Shown here in pieces: positions 17,015 through 26,917 of a stretch of DNA of 59,526 bases. The DNA is from Clostridiales bacterium (GTDB lineage: Bacteria > Bacillota > Clostridia > Christensenellales > UBA1242). Under the pieces are notes generated by a model. The model ran no database searches and had not been told where the DNA came from. It worked only from the letters and a program-made list of their open reading frames with translations. The position numbers and the translations under genes were made by a program. How positions within the stretch are numbered: the stretch's first letter is position 1; every line of letters starts with the position of its first letter. The stretch is taken from the NCBI GenBank assembly GCA_015069335.1, contig SVIU01000002.1, positions 1 to 59,526 of the forward strand. The letters run 5' to 3'.

Positions 17015-17824
17015 ATGGAAAACATTAATCAAACTGAAGGCATTTTAAGCGATCATACATCTTTATTGGACGGCGACCAACTTAATCCATTAAGTGATGT
17101 GCTTTTTATTGTGCTTTTATACAAAAATGAAGAGTTTAAAGCAAGAGCCCCATATGATATTGAAATTTTGGGTAAAAAAATGTGGGAGTGGGTTGCGCTT
17201 GCCGGTGATGGCGCAAAAATCAAAACAACACCCTGCACTAAGGACACAGATATTGTCGCAATGGTAAAACCGTTTGTTAACAATGAGAAATATACGGTTG
17301 TTTTATATTCCGATACACCACTTATTTCACGTGCTAATGTTTTGGAAATTTTGGATTATGTTAAGGCAAGAGATTTAAATGTATTAAGACTCAAACGCGG
17401 TTTTGTTTTTAATAGTAAATATCTTTTAAACTGCGAAAGCGTGCTTGCCTCAGAAAACAAATTGTTTGACGGGCAAGAGTTTGAAATGGTAAACAATTTT
17501 GATAAAGTGCAAAATGTTACAAAAGTGTTAAAAAATATGATACTAGATTTTCACAAGGCTAACGGAGTGCAAATTGCTGATGATGTGTCAACCTTTATTG
17601 ATGCCGATGTTGTACTTGAAAAAAATGTAACAATTGAGCCAAACAATCACTTAAAAGGCAAAACTTACATAGGCGAAAACACAGTTTTAGAGCCAAACAA
17701 CATTATTAAAGACAGTATAATTTCAAACAATGTTGTGGTTAAGGCGTCATACATTTCAAACAGCCGAATCAGCGAAAATACAATTGTTGGGCCGTTTGAT
17801 AAAATAATTGACAAAAATATTTAA
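17015..17824 (+). CDS. Truncated, motif-degenerate GlmU-like protein (nucleotidyltransferase fold plus the start of a left-handed beta-helix)
   Basis: YTVVLYSDTPLISRANVLEIL and NGVQIADDVSTFIDADVVLEKNVTIEPNNHLKGKTYIGENTVLEPNNIIKDS align by eye with B. subtilis GlmU. LLYKNEEFK replaces the LAAGxGTRM signature. The ORF stops after about 3 hexapeptide turns. Confidence 0.6.
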   Translation: MENINQTEGILSDHTSLLDGDQLNPLSDVLFIVLLYKNEEFKARAPYDIEILGKKMWEWVALAGDGAKIKTTPCTKDTDIVAMVKPFVNNEKYTVVLYSDTPLISRANVLEILDYVKARDLNVLRLKRGFVFNSKYLLNCESVLASENKLFDGQEFEMVNNFDKVQNVTKVLKNMILDFHKANGVQIADDVSTFIDADVVLEKNVTIEPNNHLKGKTYIGENTVLEPNNIIKDSIISNNVVVKASYISNSRISENTIVGPFDKIIDKNI

Positions 17825-17847
17825 AAAATTATAAAAAGGGAAACAAA

Positions 17848-18372
17848 ATGAAATTAATTGTTGGACTAGGCAATCCCGATAGAAAATATGAAAGGACATA
17901 TCACAATGTTGGCTTTAGGGCTGTAGAAAAATTTGCAGATGTCATTGGTGCGTGTTTTACAAAAAGAATGTGTGATGGAGTTGTTGCCGAAAGTTATTAT
18001 AATGGTCAAAAACTTTTGCTCTTGAAACCTATGACATATATGAACTTAAGTGGCATAGCAATAAGGCAAATTATGCAAAAGTTTAAAATTGCAATAGAAG
18101 ATGTTTTTGTGTTTGTGGATGATATTGATTTGCCACTTGGCAAAATTAGATTCAGAGAGTCGGGTAGTGCGGGAACGCACAATGGCCTTAAAAGCATTGT
18201 GAATGAACTTGGCGACACAAACTTTAAGCGCATAAAAATTGGAGTTGGAAGGGATGAAAAGTTTGTCGACCTTGCAGACTTTGTGTTAAGCAGAATACCA
18301 GACGATAAGTTGGAAATAATTGATAAAGAAATTGAAGAGGGGATTGAACTTTTAAAAAGCAAATTAAATTAA
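17848..18372 (+). CDS. pth: Peptidyl-tRNA hydrolase
   Basis: MKLIVGLGNPDRKYERTYHNVGF...GTHNGLKS. Confidence 0.97.
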   Translation: MKLIVGLGNPDRKYERTYHNVGFRAVEKFADVIGACFTKRMCDGVVAESYYNGQKLLLLKPMTYMNLSGIAIRQIMQKFKIAIEDVFVFVDDIDLPLGKIRFRESGSAGTHNGLKSIVNELGDTNFKRIKIGVGRDEKFVDLADFVLSRIPDDKLEIIDKEIEEGIELLKSKLN

Positions 18373-18416
18373 TTGTAAAATAGAAAGTTTTGCGTTAGAT
18401 TAATCAAAGGAACAAA

Positions 18417-21400
18417 ATGAAAACAATAGATAATATTTTGCAAAAAACAAGCGTAATAAAAAAAATAAACGAGGCGGTGGAAAGCGGTCTCGTTTTGTCA
18501 CTTAATGGGGCGGACATTGGCGAAAAAGTTTTGGCAATTTATTCTTCTAAAAAGCAATGCGTGGTTGTTGCAAAAGATGATGTAACAAAATTTTTATATA
18601 AAGAAAGTTTAAACGAGCTTGGCATAAAAACAAGTGAATTTATTACCGATTTAACACCACCCATTTTTAGACAAATAAGAGACAAGAGTTTGCAAAGTGA
18701 AATGATAAAAGCGCTTTATGATTTTATAAGTGGCAACTCAAAAGTTTTATTATTATCACCCGAAAATTTGCTTTATAAATTCCACAAAAAAATTGATGAA
18801 AAAAATGTTTTAAAATTACAAAAAAATACTGATTATAACTTTAATGAAATTATTAAAAAATTAGTTAAAAATGGCTATAAAAAATGCGAAAAAATTGAAA
18901 AAACAGGTGATTTTTCAATAAAAGGTGATATTTTAGACATTTTTATGGTTAATTATGAAAATCCCGTAAGGCTTGATTTCTTCGGCGATACGCTAGAAAA
19001 AATATATTTTTTTGACGCACAAGAAATGCAAAAAATTGAAGATATAGAAAATATTAATATTTATCCAAATAAATTATATATTTTAGATGAACAAGAAAAG
19101 AAAAATATTATTTGTAATTTGCAAAATACAATATTAAATTCCAACTTGCAAGGCGATGCGTTAATTAAAAATCATATGCTTATAAAACAAGTATGTGACG
19201 GGCTTAATGAAAACATTATTGATGACGATATTGAATTCTTGGCTCCATTTTTGCAAGAGGAATATAGTATTTTTGATATGCTAGGGGGCGAAGTTTCAAT
19301 TTATGTAGACGAGCCCAAAAAACTTTATGATGAACTATCCGACAATTATAAAAGTGTTTCGGCAAGCTTGTTTGATTTTTACTCGGGTGGAGACCTTACA
19401 AGTGAGCATTTAAACTACTATTTTAATCCGTTTGATGCTTTAAAGTTTAAGCCAAACATTGTTTTTTCAAACATAAAGCAAGACATTTATAAAGTTGATG
19501 TAAACGACACAATTAGAACAATCGGCTCATTTAATTATTGTTATGACTACAAAAAATTGGTCAACGATTTGTTTATTTACGAAAAGTCAAAATACAAAGT
19601 GGTTTTGTTTGCTGGTAGCGAGGAGTCAAAAAAATCACTTTGCGAATTTTTAACAAATTACAACATTTACACCAGTGATGATGTTTTGTTTATTAGCAAC
19701 AAATTTCAAGTGGTGGTAACCAGCGATTATTTTTCAAAAAGTTGCAGTTTTTTAGATTCTGGCTTTGTACTAATTGGTACTGACGATTTAATAAAAAAGT
19801 CAAAATCTGCAGTAAAAAATATCACCAATAAAAACAAAAAACGCAAGGTGTTTTATTTGCCAAAAGTCGGCGACTATGTTGTTCACGAAACGCATGGCAT
19901 TGGCAAGTGCATTGCTCTCACCAAAATGAATTTAAACGGCACAGAAAAAGACTATTTTGTTATTGAATATTCTGGTGGCGATAAACTTTATTTGCCAAGC
20001 GAACAAGCCGATTTAATCTCTGCTTTTATGGGTGGCGATGCCGATCCAAAACTCAACAAAATTGGTGGTGAGCAGTTTGCAAAAGTAAAACAAAAAGTTA
20101 AAGAAAGTGTAAGCAAACTTGCCATAAATTTGGTGGAAATTTACGCAAAGCGTGAAAAATCCAAAGGTTTTATTTACTCACCTGACAATTATTTATATGA
20201 ACAGTTTGAAGATGCCTTTCCTTATGAAGAAACCGAAGATCAACTCTCAGCCATTGCTGAAATAAAAAAAGATATGCAAGGTCCTAAAATTATGGATAGG
20301 CTCATTTGCGGAGATGTTGGTTATGGCAAAACCGAAGTGGCACTTAGGGCAATTTACAAAGCCATTTTAGACGGCAAACAAGTTGCATTCTTATGCCCAA
20401 CAACCATTTTAAGTGAGCAACATTATAAAACAGCAATCGAGCGTTTTTCGGGCTTTATGGTTAATGTAAAAGTTTTAAACAGGTTTAGAACAAAACAACA
20501 ACAAGAGCAAATTTTAAAAGAAGTAAAAGAGGGCAAGGTTGACCTTTTAATTGGTACACATAGGCTACTTTCAAGCGATGTTGTTTTTAAAGATTTAGGC
20601 CTTTTGGTGCTAGACGAAGAACAACGCTTTGGTGTGGGCGATAAAGAAAAAATAAAAGAATTAAAACAAAATATTGACGTTTTAACTTTGTCAGCAACGC
20701 CTATTCCAAGAACATTAAATATGGCACTTACTGGAATTAGAGATATTTCCATAATAGAGACCGCGCCGAGAGAAAGAATTGCAGTAAAAACCTACGTTCA
20801 AGAAGAAAGCGACACGCTTATTTTAAACGCTTGCAAAAAAGAACTTTCTCGTGGTGGACAAGTGCTTTTTGTGTACAACCGTGTCGAACATATTTACGAG
20901 CAAGCCGAAAGGCTGAAAAGCTTATTGCCAAATGCTAGAATTGGTGTTGCGCACGGTCAAATGCCAGAAAAACTTTTGGAGCAGACCATAATGCAACTTT
21001 ACAATCGAGAGTTTGACATTTTGGTGGCAACAACACTTATTGAGAGTGGAATAGATTTGCCTTTTGCCAACACGCTAATAATTATTGACGCCGACAGGCT
21101 TGGGCTTGGTGAACTTTATCAACTTCGTGGCAGAATTGGCAGAAGTGATAAAGTGGCGTATGCTTACTTTACTTATAATCCGTCAAAAATGCTCACAAGC
21201 GACGCCTACAAAAGGCTTGACGCAATACTAGAATACACCGAACTTGGCAGTGGTTTTAAAATTGCTATGCGAGATTTAGAAATTCGCGGGGCGGGCAACA
21301 TTCTTGGTAAAGAGCAACATGGACACTTAGAAAAAGTTGGTTATGATATGTACTGTAAACTGCTAGACAGTGCAGTTAAAGAGCTAAAAGGTGAAAAAGT

Positions 21401-21854
21401 TAAAGAAATTAAGCCAATAAAAATAGATGTTTCAATCTCTGCCAACTTGCCAGAAAGTTATGTCAAGTCTGAAAGTGAAAGAATTGAATTGTATGCGGGC
21501 ATAAGTTCAATTGCCAATGACGGCGACTATGAAAAAATGCAAACAAAACTGTTGGAAGGCTACGGCGAACTTCCTTTTGAGGCAAAAAATTTGTTGGACA
21601 TTGCCTACATTAAAAACTTGGCAGCAAGCCAAAATGTAAAAAGAGTTTTGATTGATGCAAAAAGTTGTCAAATTTATTTATACAAAGAGCAAAACATTAT
21701 GTCGGCAGGGCTTTCAAAGGCATTAAGCGAACGCTCCAACGGTGTATTAAAATTTGAAGATTTGCCAATAATTGCGTTTGATATGGGCTTTTGCACAATA
21801 TCACAAAAACTTGCCTTTATGTTAAGTTTTTTAAAAGACGCAACAAAGTTTTAA
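18417..21854 (+). CDS. mfd: Transcription-repair coupling factor
   Basis: 1145 aa. CarD-like segment VGDYVVHETHGIGKC. Helicase motifs LICGDVGYGKTEVA, LVLDEEQRFGV, TLSATPIPRTL and LYQLRGRIGRS. Confidence 0.98.
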   Translation: MKTIDNILQKTSVIKKINEAVESGLVLSLNGADIGEKVLAIYSSKKQCVVVAKDDVTKFLYKESLNELGIKTSEFITDLTPPIFRQIRDKSLQSEMIKALYDFISGNSKVLLLSPENLLYKFHKKIDEKNVLKLQKNTDYNFNEIIKKLVKNGYKKCEKIEKTGDFSIKGDILDIFMVNYENPVRLDFFGDTLEKIYFFDAQEMQKIEDIENINIYPNKLYILDEQEKKNIICNLQNTILNSNLQGDALIKNHMLIKQVCDGLNENIIDDDIEFLAPFLQEEYSIFDMLGGEVSIYVDEPKKLYDELSDNYKSVSASLFDFYSGGDLTSEHLNYYFNPFDALKFKPNIVFSNIKQDIYKVDVNDTIRTIGSFNYCYDYKKLVNDLFIYEKSKYKVVLFAGSEESKKSLCEFLTNYNIYTSDDVLFISNKFQVVVTSDYFSKSCSFLDSGFVLIGTDDLIKKSKSAVKNITNKNKKRKVFYLPKVGDYVVHETHGIGKCIALTKMNLNGTEKDYFVIEYSGGDKLYLPSEQADLISAFMGGDADPKLNKIGGEQFAKVKQKVKESVSKLAINLVEIYAKREKSKGFIYSPDNYLYEQFEDAFPYEETEDQLSAIAEIKKDMQGPKIMDRLICGDVGYGKTEVALRAIYKAILDGKQVAFLCPTTILSEQHYKTAIERFSGFMVNVKVLNRFRTKQQQEQILKEVKEGKVDLLIGTHRLLSSDVVFKDLGLLVLDEEQRFGVGDKEKIKELKQNIDVLTLSATPIPRTLNMALTGIRDISIIETAPRERIAVKTYVQEESDTLILNACKKELSRGGQVLFVYNRVEHIYEQAERLKSLLPNARIGVAHGQMPEKLLEQTIMQLYNREFDILVATTLIESGIDLPFANTLIIIDADRLGLGELYQLRGRIGRSDKVAYAYFTYNPSKMLTSDAYKRLDAILEYTELGSGFKIAMRDLEIRGAGNILGKEQHGHLEKVGYDMYCKLLDSAVKELKGEKVKEIKPIKIDVSISANLPESYVKSESERIELYAGISSIANDGDYEKMQTKLLEGYGELPFEAKNLLDIAYIKNLAASQNVKRVLIDAKSCQIYLYKEQNIMSAGLSKALSERSNGVLKFEDLPIIAFDMGFCTISQKLAFMLSFLKDATKF

Positions 21855-21860
21855 AAATGA

Positions 21861-21889
21861 TTGATTTTTATGCAATATTGTTGTATAAT
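21861..21889 (+). promoter_or_regulatory. Promoter for the PrsA-like lipoprotein gene
   Basis: TTGATT (21861-21866), 17-bp spacer, TATAAT (21884-21889). Confidence 0.6.
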
Positions 21890-21963
21890 TCAAAAGTTAA
21901 ATTATGCTTTTGTAAAACAAAAGTCACAAAAATACTAAAAATTATTGCGTATGGGAGAATAAT

Positions 21964-23682
21964 GTGAAAAAGAAATTTAAATTTATAGCACTTTTAATGA
22001 TAGCATGTTGTATGTTTATGTTTGCCGGTTGTGATTTGTTTGCAAGAAACAATGCAGATTATTTCAATCAAATTGTTATCACTGCAACATACAACGATGG
22101 CACAAAAATCGAAATTGACAGAAAAGATTTTATAACCGCCTACAACAACTATGGTCAAAACTTAATTAGTTCTTATGGTTACACCGAGGATCGTGCTAAA
22201 GAAGAAACTGTTAACGCTTTGGTTAATAGAGAGGTTCTTTTAAAAGAAGCTGAAAGGGTTGCCTTAACTCCAGCCGGAGCGGCAATAAAACTTACAGATG
22301 CTGAAAAGCAAGAACTTTATTATCAAACTTACTCGTCATTAATTTCAAATATAAAAAGTTTTGAGAGTGAAATTAGAGATGACTGGGATATGCCACTTGA
22401 AGAAGTTATGGCCGAGGAAACAAAGTCTGGCACTGTTTACAATAAATATACAAAACAAGCAAGGCCACAATATGATGCACTTGCTGGTGAGTTTAGAATA
22501 AAGCTTTTAGAAAACAACGACACTGCTCCAAGAGAAGTTACATTTGCCAATCAAGATCAAATATACAACAAATTTATTGCTGAATCAAAAAATAATAATG
22601 TTGATGCTTTTGCAAAAGAGGGTTACAGAAGATATTTGTCAAACTTGCAAGAATCTCAAGAAATTCTCGGCACAAACTATGGTGAAGGCAAGCTTGTAAA
22701 AGGCGAAATAGATAGAATTTATAAAAATCTTTACGAAAGCAAAATAATAGAAAAATATCAAGAATATTTAGGCGAAAACAACGATTATTCATATATCACT
22801 GTGGATCAAGTTTTAAACAAATACAAAGCAATGGTATATTCATCAAACTTTGTTTATGCAAATGATGCAACAAAATTTAATGACGATATGTTGGGCAACA
22901 GAAAAAATGTAAACTATTTTGTAAATGACAATTATTTTTATGTTGCACATATTTTGGTAAAATTTAGTGATAAACAACAAAAAGAATACAACGAATTAGA
23001 AACAAAAAGCAACAACGGTCAAGGCTATATAATTTCTGCACAGGATTATAAAGAACAAAAAGCTGCTTTATATAATGGCATTATGGCAAGTGTCAGAGAT
23101 GCTGAAACTGGCGAAATCAAAAACGAAGATACAATAAAAGTACAAGATGTTTTGGCTGAAATTCAAAACGAATTGGCTGCTGCACATGATAATGCTGCCA
23201 AGGCAGAAGCTTTTAGAAACTTAATGTATAAATACAACGAGGATGATGGCATTATGAATGCCGAATACCCATATGTTATTGGCGTAAACGACAGCAAGAT
23301 GGTTGAAAACTTTACAAATGCATCAAGAGAATTGCACCAAGCTGGCGAGTATGGTGCAATAAGTGGTCTTGTTGAAAGCGAATATGGCTTGCACATAATT
23401 TTCTATATGGGAGCATGTGAAAATGCATTTGAATTGGATGACAACAACAAATTAAACTTAAGAGCCAACTATCAAATTGAAGACAATGGCGTAACGTTCA
23501 ACTATTCAGATGTTTTAAAACTTGACGAAACATATTTAAACGATTTACACAATAAAACAATATTTGATGCCATTTATGAAACATTAAACAACGATGGTTA
23601 TTCTAAATATGAAAATATGAATATTGATGCATTAAAAAGCCAATATGGAATTGATGTTAATCATGTTGAAAACTTAATTTAA
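21964..23682 (+). CDS. PrsA/SurA-like foldase lipoprotein (parvulin-type PPIase domain)
   Basis: GTG start after a GGGAGA RBS. Lipobox MFMFAGC. Parvulin signatures YFYVAHILVKFSD and ESEYGLHIIFYMG. Confidence 0.8.
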   Translation: MKKKFKFIALLMIACCMFMFAGCDLFARNNADYFNQIVITATYNDGTKIEIDRKDFITAYNNYGQNLISSYGYTEDRAKEETVNALVNREVLLKEAERVALTPAGAAIKLTDAEKQELYYQTYSSLISNIKSFESEIRDDWDMPLEEVMAEETKSGTVYNKYTKQARPQYDALAGEFRIKLLENNDTAPREVTFANQDQIYNKFIAESKNNNVDAFAKEGYRRYLSNLQESQEILGTNYGEGKLVKGEIDRIYKNLYESKIIEKYQEYLGENNDYSYITVDQVLNKYKAMVYSSNFVYANDATKFNDDMLGNRKNVNYFVNDNYFYVAHILVKFSDKQQKEYNELETKSNNGQGYIISAQDYKEQKAALYNGIMASVRDAETGEIKNEDTIKVQDVLAEIQNELAAAHDNAAKAEAFRNLMYKYNEDDGIMNAEYPYVIGVNDSKMVENFTNASRELHQAGEYGAISGLVESEYGLHIIFYMGACENAFELDDNNKLNLRANYQIEDNGVTFNYSDVLKLDETYLNDLHNKTIFDAIYETLNNDGYSKYENMNIDALKSQYGIDVNHVENLI

Positions 23683-23686
23683 AATA

Positions 23687-23725
23687 AAAAGATGAGCAAA
23701 TTTAAATTACAGCTCATCTTTTTTA
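23687..23725 (+). terminator. Intrinsic terminator
   Basis: 11-bp stem AAAAGATGAGC/GCTCATCTTTT followed by a T-run. Confidence 0.8.
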
Positions 23726-23786
23726 ATTGTTTTTTTGGTTATAATTATTGCAATCAAAAAATATTTGTGTTATTATTAATAATAGT

Positions 23787-25112
23787 ATGGCAAAAAAACG
23801 TTTTATATTTAAAAATCTTTTTAAATACAAAAAAGCCTCTTTAAATCAGGGGCAGTTTTTTTCTGATCAACACTTGTTAAAAAATCAAATATCGTTTGAT
23901 GACTTAAAAGAACAGGGCACATTTGACGAGCAAGAAATTGCCAGCAGAATAAGTGAAAATAACCAAACTGTAGTAAAACAAAAATCAAAAAAGAAAAAAA
24001 TTTTAAGTCTTGTTTTCTTTTTAATCAACATTGGTGTTGTTGCCGGCATTTTGATAAACCAATTAACTCACGCAGAAGTTGAACCAATTGCAAATTTGTT
24101 AAACGGACTGAGGTGGGAATATTTATTATTGATTGTTGTGGTATTTGTGGCGGTTCAAATGCTCGATGCGGGCAGAACAACTATGCTTTTAAGGCAGTCG
24201 ACCAAGCGTGAGGGCTTTGCGCTTTCGTACAAAATGGTTGCAATTGGTAAATATTGGGATGCTGCGACGCCTTTATCAGCCGGCGAGCCATTTCAGGTTT
24301 TTTATTTAAATAAATTTGGTGTTGATGCAGATACTGCCATTTCTGTACCCACAGCTAGATATGTTTTGTTCCAAATGTCATGGATGCTTGTTGGTATATT
24401 CAGTATTATTTATGCGTCAAGACAACCGGACGGTGGCAGTCTTGTTTCCATTGCTGCATATGTTGGATTTGCATTAAATACCCTTTTGCTAGTAGGAACA
24501 ATTTTTTTGTCGGTGAGCAAAAAAACCGGAAAGATATTGGTCGTTAAAATATTAAAGCTTTTGCAAAAAATGCGCATAATAAAAAATTATGAGGCTGTGT
24601 ATGACAAGGTGATGGATACGGTTGCGGGATTCCAAAACACAATGATAAAATATACAAAAAAATTGGGTAAATTTATACTAATGATTTTGATGTTTATTTT
24701 TCAATTGATACTTAACTATTCTGGCCCATATTTGATTTATTTGGCGTTTGGCGGGGCTCCAAGTTTTGATTTGTTCTTAAAGATGTCGACATATACTGTG
24801 TTGATTGATTTGGCGTCGTGCTTTGTTCCGTTACCTGGAGGAACGGGTGTTAACGAGATCTCATTTACTTTCATTTTTGCGAGTATGTTTAAAGAAAAAG
24901 TTGTTTGGGCATTGATTTTCTGGAGATTTTTAAGTCACTATATTTATTTAATCCAAGGAATTTTCCTCATGGGTTATGATTACATTTGGGGAAACAAAAA
25001 GTACGAGTGGAAAAAGAAGCAAAGGCAATTAGAAAGCGAAAGCAACAAGTTTAAAGAAAAGCAGTTGAGAGAGTATAAAAAGCGTGTAAGGTCTGGAAAG
25101 ATACGAATTTAA
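23787..25112 (+). CDS. Polytopic membrane protein of the UPF0104 / lysyl-PG-synthase-TM (flippase-like) family
   Basis: Multiple TM helices. The LPGGTGVNEISF motif is typical of this family. The start is uncertain; an alternative TTG lies at 23748. Confidence 0.65.
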   Translation: MAKKRFIFKNLFKYKKASLNQGQFFSDQHLLKNQISFDDLKEQGTFDEQEIASRISENNQTVVKQKSKKKKILSLVFFLINIGVVAGILINQLTHAEVEPIANLLNGLRWEYLLLIVVVFVAVQMLDAGRTTMLLRQSTKREGFALSYKMVAIGKYWDAATPLSAGEPFQVFYLNKFGVDADTAISVPTARYVLFQMSWMLVGIFSIIYASRQPDGGSLVSIAAYVGFALNTLLLVGTIFLSVSKKTGKILVVKILKLLQKMRIIKNYEAVYDKVMDTVAGFQNTMIKYTKKLGKFILMILMFIFQLILNYSGPYLIYLAFGGAPSFDLFLKMSTYTVLIDLASCFVPLPGGTGVNEISFTFIFASMFKEKVVWALIFWRFLSHYIYLIQGIFLMGYDYIWGNKKYEWKKKQRQLESESNKFKEKQLREYKKRVRSGKIRI

Positions 25113-25203
25113 TAAAAACAAAATAAGGCTGATTTTTGGCTTGGCTAAAATTTGACCTTATTTTTTAACGTTTAAAAAATAGCAATTTGACAAAAATTTT
25201 GTT

Positions 25204-25719
25204 ATGGAAAACAAAAAAGAGTCAAAAAAAACAATTATAATTTTATCATCAGTAATAGTTCTGTTAAGTCTAGTTTGTATTGGTAGTATTATATATAATT
25301 TTATGGGTGGGTTTTATTTTGGCAGAATAGCCGAGTATAACACAATTTTGGGGGAAAAATTAGAAATTGAAGTTGGTGGTGAGGGGGCTTTTGCAAAAGG
25401 CTGCAATTTTTCTGGAGAAACGATTTTGGGCACTGATATAAGGCAAGAGGTATCGCTAAAATTTCAAAACGTGCAAGAGCCGCTTTATGTTAGAGCTAGG
25501 GCAAATGTCTCAAGCGTCCGTGGCGAGTGCATTATTTTTGGATTTACCAATTGGGTGCAACAAAATGACGGATATATTTATTTAAACCAGCCAATTATGT
25601 CAAACCAAAGCATTGGTTTAAGTCAATTTGTTAGACTAAGCAACAATCTTAAGATAGAAGGTGATAAAAACTATATCTTAATGTTTGTAGTAGAAGTAAG
25701 CAAAGAGTCTTGGAATTAA
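25204..25719 (+). CDS. Membrane-anchored hypothetical protein (171 aa)
   Basis: N-terminal KKESKK plus a TM helix, then a beta-rich ectodomain. No SD sequence seen. Confidence 0.55.
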   Translation: MENKKESKKTIIILSSVIVLLSLVCIGSIIYNFMGGFYFGRIAEYNTILGEKLEIEVGGEGAFAKGCNFSGETILGTDIRQEVSLKFQNVQEPLYVRARANVSSVRGECIIFGFTNWVQQNDGYIYLNQPIMSNQSIGLSQFVRLSNNLKIEGDKNYILMFVVEVSKESWN

Positions 25720-26804
25720 ATTTTGTTTCTGCTAGAGTCTAAAATTTGCAATGGATTAAAAAACGGTTGTAATTCCTTTCTATTGGCCGTTAGAGTGTTG
25801 CCGTCAATACATTTCCGGTCCATAAATAAAACCTTGTGTCCGTTATTGTTTGGCAGGTATGAAAAAAATGGTTTTAAGCCAACGCCGCAAAAAAGTTTAA
25901 ATCCGGATTGTTCCAAAAGTATATGTTTTTTGGTTTTTTGACCACTTTCAAAAACTTCCCACTCGCCATATGGGTATACATAAACGCTGGTGTTGCCTAC
26001 AATGGGTGCAACTTCATCTTGCCATAAATTTATTTCGTGTTCAAATTTTTCATTGCTGATTGATTTCATATGATAGTGCCCATAACTGTGGCTGGCAAAA
26101 TTCCAGCCGTTTTGTTTTAAAATCGCAATAACTTTTTTAGCAGCTTTAATTTCATTATCTCTGTTTGTGGTGTTTGTGTGACTTGTTCTATAGCCCAAAA
26201 TGCCGTCATAACCAGTAAGGCAAATTGTGCCTTTTGCGCCATTTATAGAAAAATCGGGATGTATTTTTACAAAGTTTTCCAAAATGGGAATAAATTCGTT
26301 GTCATATCTAATGTCCTCAAAATTGTTCATATAAGTGTATGCTGCGAGATTGTTTTGCTCATCTAAAACAATTTTGTCCACCATACCCAAACCTTTTTTT
26401 GTTTGATCATAATTTACATCGTCAAAACTCAAAATCAAAGGTTTTTTGCCAATTGGCATTTTAACTTTTTGTTTTACAACAATGCCCAACTCATTTGTGC
26501 TAAAGCAGCAATTGATGTCGACTAGAGCGTAATTGTTTTTGTATAACTGATCTAATATTTTAATAAATTCTCGTGCGGTAATGCAATCACGGGCGTAGTG
26601 TTTTGCCATATAATTATCTTTTGCAAAAGCTATTTCTGGGTAGGCAATTAAACAGTGTGTAAAAATGTGTTCAATATTATCTGTATAATAATATTTTGAC
26701 TCAGCATAACAATAATTTTTTGTACTAAAAAAATAATTAACACAGCAAATCAAAAGCATTAAAACAAAAGAGATTGCACAATTTTTTATTTTAAAATTTT
26801 TCAT
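25716..26804 (-). CDS. Membrane-anchored polysaccharide deacetylase (NodB homology domain)
   Basis: ILSFDDVNYD (motif 1), HSYGHYHM (motif 2), and an N-terminal TM anchor. Confidence 0.85.
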   Translation of the reverse strand: MKNFKIKNCAISFVLMLLICCVNYFFSTKNYCYAESKYYYTDNIEHIFTHCLIAYPEIAFAKDNYMAKHYARDCITAREFIKILDQLYKNNYALVDINCCFSTNELGIVVKQKVKMPIGKKPLILSFDDVNYDQTKKGLGMVDKIVLDEQNNLAAYTYMNNFEDIRYDNEFIPILENFVKIHPDFSINGAKGTICLTGYDGILGYRTSHTNTTNRDNEIKAAKKVIAILKQNGWNFASHSYGHYHMKSISNEKFEHEINLWQDEVAPIVGNTSVYVYPYGEWEVFESGQKTKKHILLEQSGFKLFCGVGLKPFFSYLPNNNGHKVLFMDRKCIDGNTLTANRKELQPFFNPLQILDSSRNKI

Positions 26805-26917
26805 AATTTTATTATTTGATAAAAATTAATAAAAATACGACAAAAATTGCAAAAAAAATGTATTTTTTTGCATATTTTTTAACAATTTTTATGTTAGCAT
26901 CTTTGCAGGGGATTATT

